From positions 186,001-250,000 of IMG/VR virus record IMGVR_UViG_3300023174_000042: a DNA stretch of 64,000 nucleotides, one strand, 5' to 3'. Position numbers and translations under genes: made by a program. This document shows positions 10,581 to 19,468 of the stretch, piece by piece (position 1 is the first letter of the stretch; the number at the start of each line of letters is the position of its first letter). A model generated the notes under the pieces. It was given only the letters and a program-made list of their open reading frames with translations, ran no database searches and was not told the DNA's origin.

Positions 10581-10647
10581 TTTTTTTATTTTTTTTATAG
10601 GTTTATTTTGATTTTTTTATATGAAAAATTATACCAACCAATATTAT

Positions 10648-10702
10648 CTGACAAATTGTCAGTAAAATAATAATTTAGAAAAAATAAACTGACATTATGA
10701 CA
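10648..10702. promoter_or_regulatory. CTGACAnnnTG(T/A)CA inverted-repeat operators in the divergent promoter
   Basis: CTGACAAATTGTCAG at 10648-10662 and CTGACATTATGACA at 10689-10702. Confidence 0.6.
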
Positions 10703-10749
10703 ATTATGGACTTTTTATTTTATTAATATTATTATTTATAAAAAAAATT

Positions 10750-12792
10750 ATGTTAGAATTTATGGACGAAGGAAATGACAAATCTAAAAAAAAGAGTGAT
10801 AGCACAACTCCTGTTTTAGATAATTTTAGTAAAGACTTGAATAAGTTAGCACAAGAAGGAAAATTGGATCCTGTTATCGGAAGAAAAAAAGAAATTTTAA
10901 GAATTGCTCAAATTCTTTCAAGGAGGAAAAAAAATAATCCAATCATAATCGGTGAACCTGGAGCAGGAAAAACGGCAATTGTAGAAGGTTTAGCAATGAT
11001 GATTCATAATGGTGAATGTCCCAAAAATCTTATGGATAAAAGAATTGTATCATTAGATATGAATTCATTAGTTGCCGGAACTAAATACAGAGGTCAATTT
11101 GAAGAAAGAATGAAAGTAATTATTGAAGAATTACAATTGGCTCCAAATATTATTTTATTTATAGACGAAATTCACACCATTGTAGGAGCAGGAAATAGTT
11201 CAGGTTCGTTAGACGCTTCAAACATCTTCAAACCAGCACTTTCAAGAGGAGAAATTCAGTGTATTGGTGCCACAACACTTGACGAATACCGAACAAACTT
11301 TGAAAAAGACGGAGCGCTTGAGAGACGTTTTCAGAAAGTTATAGTTGATCCATCTTCAAAAGAAGAAACATTAGAAATTTTAATGTTAAGTAAATCAAAA
11401 TATGAAGATCACCATAAAGTTACCTATGATGAAAATACTTTAAAAATATTCGTTGAATTAGCAGATCGTTATATCACAGACAGAGAATTTCCTGACAAAG
11501 CATTTGATATATTGGATGAGGTTGGAGCAAGAATGCAAATTGATGTTAAATTACCAAAAGAAATAGAAGATTTAAAAGAAGAAGCAAATAAAATCAAACA
11601 AGAAAAAATAGACGTAATTAAAAAACAAGATTACGAACAAGCGGCCGAACTTCGTGATCGTGAAAGAAATGTTATTTCTAAACTTGATTTAGAGAAGAAA
11701 AAATTTGAGGAATTTTTAAAAAATAGCAAACGAAACATACCGGAAGAACTAATTTATGAAGTAGTATCTAACATGACAAAAATTCCTATTTCTAATATTA
11801 ATGTTGATGAAAAAAATAATTTAATTAATTTGAGTTCAAATTTGAATTCGAAAGTTATTGGTCAAGAAATTGCTGTTAACAAGATTTCAAAAGCAATCAG
11901 AAGAAACAGAATGGGAATCAAAGACCCAAATAAACCGATCGGTTCGTTTATATTTTTGGGGTCAACTGGTGTTGGTAAAACTTATTTAGCAAAACAATTA
12001 GCAAAAGAAATCTTTGGAAGTCCTGATAATATGATTCGAGTTGATATGAGTGAATACCAAGAAAAACACACAATATCGCGGCTTATTGGATCACCTCCAG
12101 GGTATGTTGGTCATGATGATGGGGGTCAATTAACAGAACAAGTAAAAAACAAACCTTACTCTGTTATATTATTTGACGAGATAGAAAAAGCACACAAAGA
12201 CATTTTCTCAACACTTCTTCAGTTGTTAGATGATGGTCATATTACAGATTCATTAGGTCGTAAAATTAACTTCAAAAATTGTTTAATTATTATGACTTCC
12301 AACATTGGAGTAAAAAAATTACAAGATTTTGGAACTGGAGTTGGTTTCAAGACCACAAAAAGTGATGTCGTTTTAGAAGAAGAAAAACAAGACGTTTTGA
12401 AAAAAGAACTAAAAAAGTTTTTTGCACCTGAGTTTTTGAATAGAATTGACGATGTTATTATTTTCAATAGTTTAGAAAAAAGTCATATTGATCAAATTAC
12501 AAAACTTGAAATTGATAAACTATTAAGTAGAGTTTTAGAAAAACATTATATCTTTTCTTACAACGATGATTTAATTGAATATATTTCTAAAGTAGGTTTT
12601 GATGAAACCTTTGGAGCAAGACCAATCAAGAGAGCAATTCAAGAAAAAATTGAAGATTTAATTTCAGAAAAAATATTAATGTCGGAAATTGAAGAAAATA
12701 AGGAATATGTTTTCAAAGTTGAAAATGATGAAATCATCGTAGTTGAAAAAGAAGAAAAACCAAAAAAAAGAAGTAGGAAAAAAAGCGAATAA
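10750..12792 (+). CDS. clpC: ClpC-type AAA+ chaperone lacking the N-terminal Clp repeat domain
   Basis: LDPVIGR, Walker A GEPGAGKT and GSTGVGKT, pore loops AGTKYRG and GYVG, UVR middle domain QDYEQAAELRD, ClpP-docking-type VGF loop, FGARP. Confidence 0.93.
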   Translation: MLEFMDEGNDKSKKKSDSTTPVLDNFSKDLNKLAQEGKLDPVIGRKKEILRIAQILSRRKKNNPIIIGEPGAGKTAIVEGLAMMIHNGECPKNLMDKRIVSLDMNSLVAGTKYRGQFEERMKVIIEELQLAPNIILFIDEIHTIVGAGNSSGSLDASNIFKPALSRGEIQCIGATTLDEYRTNFEKDGALERRFQKVIVDPSSKEETLEILMLSKSKYEDHHKVTYDENTLKIFVELADRYITDREFPDKAFDILDEVGARMQIDVKLPKEIEDLKEEANKIKQEKIDVIKKQDYEQAAELRDRERNVISKLDLEKKKFEEFLKNSKRNIPEELIYEVVSNMTKIPISNINVDEKNNLINLSSNLNSKVIGQEIAVNKISKAIRRNRMGIKDPNKPIGSFIFLGSTGVGKTYLAKQLAKEIFGSPDNMIRVDMSEYQEKHTISRLIGSPPGYVGHDDGGQLTEQVKNKPYSVILFDEIEKAHKDIFSTLLQLLDDGHITDSLGRKINFKNCLIIMTSNIGVKKLQDFGTGVGFKTTKSDVVLEEEKQDVLKKELKKFFAPEFLNRIDDVIIFNSLEKSHIDQITKLEIDKLLSRVLEKHYIFSYNDDLIEYISKVGFDETFGARPIKRAIQEKIEDLISEKILMSEIEENKEYVFKVENDEIIVVEKEEKPKKRSRKKSE

Positions 12793-12842
12793 AAAGATAG
12801 TAATTCAAAAAATTTTTATAAATTTGTTTAGTAACTTTACAA

Positions 12843-13355
12843 ATGAAAACATTATCAATTTTTATCTTCTTTATTTTCTTTCACAACTTTGGTCAAACTG
12901 TAAATGATATAATCATTAAAAAAGTTAATCAATATCGAAAAGAATATAATTTAACACCATTAAAATATTCTTCAGAGGCAAAATTAGCAAATACACAGAT
13001 GCTAAACTATATGGTCGAGACATCAACAATGCCAGTTGATCACTCCCAAAAGATTCCATCTTCTTTTGGAAAAACTTTTGATAATTTTTCTGATCGAATT
13101 ACATACCTGTATGGTTACAATTATGAATATATTGGTGAGAATTTATGCACTTTCGATGATAAAAAAACAGATGAAGAAAGAGCAAATAAAGTATTAGAAA
13201 TATGGAAAAAATCTCCAACACATAACGCTCTTTTACTTAGTCTTAAATATGATGGTGTTTGTGTTGGGTCTAAGATATCAAATACAATTTATTATGGTAA
13301 TTTGTATTATGAAAACACCCCAACCTTTTATTGTGTTTTAACAATGTATAAGTAA
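12843..13355 (+). CDS. secreted CAP/SCP domain protein
   Basis: Signal peptide; VNQYRKEYNL-PL, IGENL and WKKSPTHNALLL motifs. Confidence 0.85.
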   Translation: MKTLSIFIFFIFFHNFGQTVNDIIIKKVNQYRKEYNLTPLKYSSEAKLANTQMLNYMVETSTMPVDHSQKIPSSFGKTFDNFSDRITYLYGYNYEYIGENLCTFDDKKTDEERANKVLEIWKKSPTHNALLLSLKYDGVCVGSKISNTIYYGNLYYENTPTFYCVLTMYK

Positions 13356-13432
13356 AAATATATCAAATTTTTTAAAAACATTTTTTTTCTTTAATTAATT
13401 TTTATATATTTGTAGAAATAAACAAATACAAC

Positions 13433-13855
13433 ATGAAAACATTTCTTTTAACCTTCGGTCTTTTGTTATCTTTATTTAGTTTTTCTCAAAAATTAGTAAT
13501 TGAAATTTTCGAAAGACAAGAATTAATTTCTTATAGAAATACAACTTTAGATTCTGTAATTATGAGTCCTGATGTGGTTAGTGATCTTGAGGTTACAAAA
13601 ACAACATATGTCATTGATTTAGATGAAAAGACATCTTCTTACTTTGTTGGTGAAGAACTTTTAAGTGTTTTACCTGTTGATGTAATTCGTGGTGGTGATG
13701 GACTTTTTGTTGTAAAAATATTGGAAAAAGGATTTGATTACGGTTTGATTGTTCACATTGGAAATGATGGTGATAATGTTTTGTGGTACTGGAATGCCGA
13801 TCAAATGACCACAGTTAAAAAAATGATCAAGTTTAATATTGTCAAATCTTCATAA
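13433..13855 (+). CDS. secreted hypothetical protein
   Basis: Bacteroidetes-style signal peptide (SFS-Q); TATATTTG promoter upstream; paralog of the next ORF. Confidence 0.75.
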   Translation: MKTFLLTFGLLLSLFSFSQKLVIEIFERQELISYRNTTLDSVIMSPDVVSDLEVTKTTYVIDLDEKTSSYFVGEELLSVLPVDVIRGGDGLFVVKILEKGFDYGLIVHIGNDGDNVLWYWNADQMTTVKKMIKFNIVKSS

Positions 13856-13864
13856 AAAATCAAA

Positions 13865-14281
13865 ATGAAAAAACTTTTTTTAATCATCAGTTTGTTATTT
13901 TTTTTAATTTCCTTCTCTCAAAATATTATTATTGAGGTATATGAAACTCAACCATTTTACGGAGATACTTCACAGAAAATTGACGAAATTTTTGATAGTA
14001 ATTTGTATGATAAAATTTTACCGGCAGGTTGTAAATACTTTATTAATACAACACAAAATTATTTAGATTTTTATAGGAACGATACATTAAAAATGACATA
14101 CCCTATAAAAACGTCAAAAAATCAAAATTTTATTCAAATTGACATCTTGGTTAAAGGATTCAATGTAGGTTTGATCCTGAACCTAAATCCATTCAATGAA
14201 ATTGCGGCGTATTTTAACATACAGGAATCTTATGTAATTTATAACAAATTTATAAAATACAAAATCATCAAAGAGCAATGA
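13865..14281 (+). CDS. secreted hypothetical protein (tandem paralog of 13433..13855)
   Basis: Shares SFSQ---IE--E-Q and IL-KGF--GLI with the previous ORF. Confidence 0.75.
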   Translation: MKKLFLIISLLFFLISFSQNIIIEVYETQPFYGDTSQKIDEIFDSNLYDKILPAGCKYFINTTQNYLDFYRNDTLKMTYPIKTSKNQNFIQIDILVKGFNVGLILNLNPFNEIAAYFNIQESYVIYNKFIKYKIIKEQ

Positions 14282-14297
14282 AAAAAATTTTTGTTGA

Positions 14298-14783
14298 TTA
14301 TTTAACAGCGGCTCTAACTTTATCCATACCACTTCTAATTGCTGTTTGAATGTAATTAGATGTATTTGCGTCTGTAAAAGTAGTTTTAACAGAATCTATA
14401 AATGTAGATTGAAAAACTGATAATTTATAGGTAACATCATTAGATTTATATATGGGGTCTACTGCAGGTGATGGAGTTGCCGGACTTTCTAAAACTTTAG
14501 TTATTGCAACACCAAAATCTCTTGGAGATGTAACTTTTACTTTTCCATTTTCAAGTATAGAAATAGTTCCGTGATAATCATCAATACCCTTGTTATAGTT
14601 TGCGGTGTATGTTGCCATAGTAGTATCACCCTTTTTATATGCTGCCATAACACGGTTGAATTCATTTACAAACAAAGTTGCTGTATCACTTGCCCCTTCC
14701 ATCAAATATTGTCTTGATGTTGCATTTTGATGCATTTCCAAAATTCTTTGTTTTTCTTGTTCTGAGATTATAAATTGTTTCAT
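14298..14783 (-). CDS. tagged hypothetical protein
   Basis: Starts MKQFIISEQEKQRILEMH...YLME. Confidence 0.75.
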   Translation of the reverse strand: MKQFIISEQEKQRILEMHQNATSRQYLMEGASDTATLFVNEFNRVMAAYKKGDTTMATYTANYNKGIDDYHGTISILENGKVKVTSPRDFGVAITKVLESPATPSPAVDPIYKSNDVTYKLSVFQSTFIDSVKTTFTDANTSNYIQTAIRSGMDKVRAAVK

Positions 14784-14795
14784 AGTTATTTTAAT

Positions 14796-15305
14796 TTATT
14801 TTTGAGTTGGTGTTGCGTTATAGTCGGCAATTTGAAAAGATGCGTATTTACTATCACCGCTAAAATTGATAAACATTTTTTGAGAACCGGCTTGCATAGG
14901 TTTACCAAGTTCTACTTTTAATTTGTCATACATTTCTTGAGTTAATCCAAATGAACCTGAAATATTTCCATTACTTGTGTCCGTAGCTTTAGTTGTAATG
15001 CCAACCGCAGCAACATCATCAAACGCCATGGCGGTTATTTTTTTATATTCATCAGTATTAAAACCTCCACCAGGTGTTTTTTGCCCAATTATTGTAAATT
15101 TTGCTCTTCCAAGTGGATTGTATTTTTTAGATTGGTTTTTTGGATCTAACGTATATGGTAAATAAATATATATGGTTGGGGTATTTGATTGTGTTATACC
15201 TTCGTCTTCCATCAACAAATGTCTTGATTTTTCTTCTAGTCTTCTACTTTCTAACATCAAGTTTGCTTCTTGAATGTGTCTAATTTTGCTAAAACTTTTA
15301 TTCAT
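14796..15305 (-). CDS. tagged hypothetical protein
   Basis: Starts MNKSFSKIRHIQEANLMLE...LLME; TATTTAT upstream. Confidence 0.75.
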   Translation of the reverse strand: MNKSFSKIRHIQEANLMLESRRLEEKSRHLLMEDEGITQSNTPTIYIYLPYTLDPKNQSKKYNPLGRAKFTIIGQKTPGGGFNTDEYKKITAMAFDDVAAVGITTKATDTSNGNISGSFGLTQEMYDKLKVELGKPMQAGSQKMFINFSGDSKYASFQIADYNATPTQK

Positions 15306-15377
15306 AATTTTGTAATTTATTTAATAAATACTTTGTATAGTCAAAAAATAAATCTATATTTGTAGAAATAATATAAA

Positions 15378-16409
15378 ATGAATATAGAAAAATTTAAAGA
15401 ACTCTTATCTGTCCCAACCAAGACTTATAAAGAAAGTAAAATGGTTGAATACATATTGTCAGTTCTTGAGGGTATGGAAGGTGTGATTTATAACTACGAT
15501 GATCATAATAACATATACGCAACAAAAGGCTCATTAGAAGATGACGAGTTTTATCCCATGTTTATTTCTCATACAGACACGGTTCATGAACTTGTTGAAA
15601 AAATAGTTGTTAAAGAAGAACAACTTGTTCGCCCATTTACATTTGGAAAAGATTTCGGAAAAGATCAAGTTTTATGTTTAAAAGCATATGATAAAGATGA
15701 TAAACCAACAGGAATTGGTGGTGATGACAAATGTGGAATTTATATTTGTTTGGAACTTCTATCTCAATTAGACAAAGTTAAAGTGGCATTTTTTGTTTCA
15801 GAAGAAACGGGTTGTCACGGATCAAAATTTGTTGATAAAGAGTTTTTAAAAGACGTTGGTTACTGCGTTCAATATGACGCACCAGGAGATCATTTAATTT
15901 CTCAATCTTGTTTTGGAACCACTTTATTTGATAAAGAAGGAGAGTTTTTTAAATTATCACTTGAAGCGATCACAAAAGGGTTTGGTAATGAAATGATGGT
16001 TCAGTCTCATCCATATACCGATATTATGATGATTAAACAACAATCTGATCTATCTTGTATCAATATGTCATGTGGTTATTATAATATGCACACAGCAAAC
16101 GAATTTGTTTGTATCGATGACGTTCAAAGAGCAATTGAATCAGGAAAAAACATGGTAAAAGATCTTGGTTTAAAAAAATATGAATTTAAATATAATGAAC
16201 CAAAACCAACAAAATCTTTACTACCGTTTGATGATTTCGATGAAAACCCATTTTATGATGATGTTCATCAATTAACTTCGATTGACATAATTGAAGATAA
16301 AGATGGTATTATAATCTCGGATATATACGATGAAAACCAATTTTTTATTGATGATGAAGATGGTTACAAATTATATGAGATTTTAAAAGAACGTTATCGT
16401 CTTAATTGA
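15378..16409 (+). CDS. M20/M28-family zinc peptidase
   Basis: Metal ligands SHTDTV, GGDDKCG, EETG and the C-terminal GYYNMHTANE; TATATTTG promoter. Confidence 0.85.
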   Translation: MNIEKFKELLSVPTKTYKESKMVEYILSVLEGMEGVIYNYDDHNNIYATKGSLEDDEFYPMFISHTDTVHELVEKIVVKEEQLVRPFTFGKDFGKDQVLCLKAYDKDDKPTGIGGDDKCGIYICLELLSQLDKVKVAFFVSEETGCHGSKFVDKEFLKDVGYCVQYDAPGDHLISQSCFGTTLFDKEGEFFKLSLEAITKGFGNEMMVQSHPYTDIMMIKQQSDLSCINMSCGYYNMHTANEFVCIDDVQRAIESGKNMVKDLGLKKYEFKYNEPKPTKSLLPFDDFDENPFYDDVHQLTSIDIIEDKDGIIISDIYDENQFFIDDEDGYKLYEILKERYRLN

Positions 16410-17527
16410 CCTGGATCAATTCTAAACTCAGTTGGGTTAAATAAACCTGGCTGAGTTACCATTTGAATTACCTCATTAGCAGACGCCAAACCATATTTAC
16501 GATCACCAAAATAACTACCTGAACCGATTAAATATTTTACCTTTAATGTTTCAGGATCAACTGACTCCACTTTTATAAATAAATTTTTTTGACCTGGAAT
16601 TTCTTTTCTATAAAATAAATTCAAAGATGAAAGCTTATCTATAATTTTTCTAAATTCAGAAGAAAATTCTTCTTGGGCTCTTTCTATATATTCATCAATC
16701 AAATCAACTAATTTTTCACAAGACTCAGATTCAAACATTTCATCATCCATTACATAATATTCCATTTCGTAATGTTCAGGAAGACCATGTATAAATTTTT
16801 TATATATTTTTTGAATTAATACGTCAAGAACTTTTCCATCAAATTCACCATCTTCAATAAATAACTGTACCAGATTACCCCAACTTATAAAGTATAATCC
16901 AAAACACCACTTACCCCATTTTTCAACTCCAAACTGACTAAGTGTTTCACAATATTCTTTTTCGATTGCTTCTTTAGCTCCCGATTCAGTTGCATTCGCT
17001 TTAGCAGAACATATAATCTCATCTATTTCATCTGCAATATGTTGAAAGTATTTGTCTAATACACTTGTAATCGCACCTTCATCATCAATTCTACCGTTTT
17101 CATGAATATTATCAACAAGGTTAGGTGAGATTATTTTAAGTAATTCTTTTAATCTGATTTTTGCTTCACGACAAAGATATCCTAAAGTATATCCCTCACT
17201 CCAATCGTCGTATGCTCGATCTTGACACTCACTATAAAAATCATAAGAACCATAATACATACGATCATAGTTAATAGCATCCCACTCACCGTCAGTTCCT
17301 TCTTCAAATGTAGGATAATGAAAAAACTTTAAAAACTGTTCTAAATCATCAAAATCAAATAATAGACCATCAGGTTTTACTTGAACATGATTTAAGTTCA
17401 AACCTTCATGATTATCACTTTTGAATTCAACATCATCGGAAGACAACTTTCTTTTATTTAAAAGAAGAATTTTTTGAAAGTCCGTCATTTCTGAAACATC
17501 ATTTTCTACTAAAAGTCTTTTTTTCAT
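16394..17527 (-). CDS. acidic hypothetical protein with a short tag
   Basis: 377 aa; starts MKKRLLVE; TATTTATA upstream. Confidence 0.75.
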   Translation of the reverse strand: MKKRLLVENDVSEMTDFQKILLLNKRKLSSDDVEFKSDNHEGLNLNHVQVKPDGLLFDFDDLEQFLKFFHYPTFEEGTDGEWDAINYDRMYYGSYDFYSECQDRAYDDWSEGYTLGYLCREAKIRLKELLKIISPNLVDNIHENGRIDDEGAITSVLDKYFQHIADEIDEIICSAKANATESGAKEAIEKEYCETLSQFGVEKWGKWCFGLYFISWGNLVQLFIEDGEFDGKVLDVLIQKIYKKFIHGLPEHYEMEYYVMDDEMFESESCEKLVDLIDEYIERAQEEFSSEFRKIIDKLSSLNLFYRKEIPGQKNLFIKVESVDPETLKVKYLIGSGSYFGDRKYGLASANEVIQMVTQPGLFNPTEFRIDPGQLRR

Positions 17528-17594
17528 ATATTTATAAATATATTGGATAATACAAATCTTTGTATTATATTTGTATAGAAGTTATTTGACATAT

Positions 17595-18002
17595 GGGCCT
17601 ATATCGGAATTGACGGGCGTTGGTTGAATAAAAGAAGCATGTAGGGACTAAGTTAATCTCTTTAAAAACTGACTTAGAAAACAACTGGCAATGTGCTAAA
17701 CAAAATGGAAACTCTTGGTTTACTAAGAGGTTCTGAAGTTACTGTAGCTTAAGAAGTTTACGGAAACGCGAGCCGGTTCACATACGCTCAGGAACAGAAG
17801 TGATGAAGGTGAAATACAACTGAACCATAAATCGAGTTGTCTATTGGTTTTTAATTTACGATAGTGAAGAACAAATTAAAATTGTTTTTGATCAAGTAAA
17901 AATCAAATATTTTGGGGTATTAGAAAATACCAACCTAAACATGTAGTTGTCTTTTAGACAAAACGAGCCGGACGAGGGAGTCGGAGCCCTCTAGGTCCAC
18001 CA
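17595..18002 (+). ncRNA. ssrA: tmRNA
   Basis: 5' GGGCCTA pairs with 3' TAGGTCC-A-CCA, giving the G3:U70 Ala identity pair; GGAATTGAC D-loop analog; internal tag ORF at 17687-17752; TATATTTG promoter upstream and terminator downstream. Confidence 0.93.
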
Positions 18003-18007
18003 ATTGA

Positions 18008-18040
18008 TCCCACTATTTAATTATGGTGGGATTTTTTTTG
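18008..18040 (+). terminator. intrinsic terminator after tmRNA
   Basis: ATCCCAC...GTGGGAT hairpin followed by a T run. Confidence 0.75.
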
Positions 18041-18059
18041 TGCCTTAGTTTTAAAGCAT

Positions 18060-18095
18060 AAAAAAAGGGATCAATTGATCCCTGAATTTTTTTTG
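18060..18095. terminator. bidirectional terminator
   Basis: A-tract, GGGATC-AATT-GATCCC hairpin, T-tract, between convergent RNA genes. Confidence 0.7.
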
Positions 18096-18132
18096 CCGGT
18101 TTTTGCTCCATTTCTAAAAAAGAAAAATAAAA

Positions 18133-18940
18133 ACGCTGAGATTACACGTCGTGTTTGAGAACCTTTAGAGTCATTATTGTTTCTACTCTTATCCACTTTC
18201 TTTTGGAAAGTATTTCTCAGTGCTGGTTATTTAGGTGAACCACTCCTTGAGATCTTATCTACTCTCTTACTACTCGATACTCTTCGAGGATGCCTCCCCA
18301 ATTGATCCTTGCGGGACTAGAGATCTTTTGTAAAACTACACTCGGTCTTGGGAACCTAATGTGCCACGGACAACCCGTGACTAAGTAAGCACCTTTCAAC
18401 AAGATCTGACGGACACTTTTCCTTATTTATAATTAATTGTTTAATGATAATTAAGTTTTGTGTCGTGGATTGTCGAAGTAGTGGTCCGCCACCAGAGCCA
18501 ACCCATCTTTTGAACGAGTCGATACTCAACTACTCCGTGAAATGTCCCCATTTCCATACTTCAAGAACTCTTCGAATTATTACCTTGGTGGGTAATTAAT
18601 AAGGACGATGTCAGCACCACCTGTTACTCATCTTGTCTTTCGACGTTAAGATTCCTTTGATATTGGAACTCGCAATTAAAGTGTTGGAGCACTTAGTTTT
18701 GCAAAAATCCCTACGAGTTATTCCTATTGGTGTCCCCACCTCAATTAGACGACCCACATCGCCCAATCATCTAACCACTTTCCCTACAGCGTCGCCCTCG
18801 GTACTAAAGGTTAAACGGTATCCCGCTTGTGTACTCGACCTCAATTATCCGAAGACAACTAAGACGCAAACCATATAACACAAATGGTTCACTTTATCCC
18901 ACTTTCGTGGTTTATTTTAATGGACCATACACGGCCCAAT
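18133..18940 (-). ncRNA. large structured ncRNA, GOLLD-like
   Basis: ~810 nt, GC-richer than its flanks, no credible ORF, dense hairpins with GNRA loops on the minus strand (CCAC-GAAA-GTGG, GTC-GAAA-GAC, TCCC-GCAA-GGA); own promoter and boxA. Family assignment rests on size and context only. Confidence 0.65.
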
Positions 18941-19022
18941 ATCTTCATCAATCAAAGAAGAGAATTCCATCTCAATTACTTGCCAAATAATCTGACAAAA
19001 CTTATCATGAACGGATAGTCAT

Positions 19023-19094
19023 TTTTTCAAAGAACGTTATCGGACGTTTCCGATTTGTTTTACAAAGATAGGACATTTATTTTAATTTGTCAAA
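19023..19094 (-). promoter_or_regulatory. Bacteroidetes sigma-A promoter plus boxA-like element for the large ncRNA
   Basis: Minus strand TTTGACAAATTAAAATAAATGTCCTATCTTTG (-33 TTTG, -7 TAnnTTTG), followed by GTTCTTTGAAAA. Confidence 0.75.
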
Positions 19095-19115
19095 CTTTTC
19101 TTTCACTTTTTTTTT

Positions 19116-19205
19116 GGTGGTTTCGGATTTTTACCGAAGTTAAGGAAGTTTACGTTTCCTTTTACAACCTCACGTTAGGCTTGTGTTTCATACACTCCCA
19201 CCCCC
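19116..19205 (-). ncRNA. candidate small multibranch ncRNA
   Basis: GGTGG...CCACC closing stem around four short hairpins, immediately after a TATATTTG promoter. Confidence 0.45.
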
Positions 19206-19235
19206 AAATTGTTCTACAAATATAAATACTTTATT

Positions 19236-19412
19236 TTAATTAATCAAGTTTTTTAACTCAATTTTTTCAACAAAAACATTATCTGTCCCTTCTTTACTTG
19301 CTCTAAGTTGAGCGAACATCAAATTGGATGTCCAAAGTTTAATTCCGTTTACCATATAATAATACATTTCAACTTCTTTAACTTCTGTTAATTGTTTAAT
19401 TTCTTCGTTCAT
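19236..19412 (-). CDS. small hypothetical protein (58 aa)
   Basis: Manually translated MNEEIKQLTEVKEVEMYYYMVNG...; below the ORF-track length cutoff. Confidence 0.5.
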   Translation of the reverse strand: MNEEIKQLTEVKEVEMYYYMVNGIKLWTSNLMFAQLRASKEGTDNVFVEKIELKNLIN

Positions 19413-19468
19413 TTGTTTATTTATTACAATTGAAATGATAGTGTTTTAATTTTGTTAAGTCAAATATC

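Noticed and set aside
18633-18878. 81-aa plus-strand ORF
   Set aside because: Non-ATG start, no motif, antisense to the large structured RNA
18133-18940. rRNA fragment or group II intron
   Set aside because: No universal rRNA motifs, no recognisable domain V or GUGCG start, and no interrupted gene
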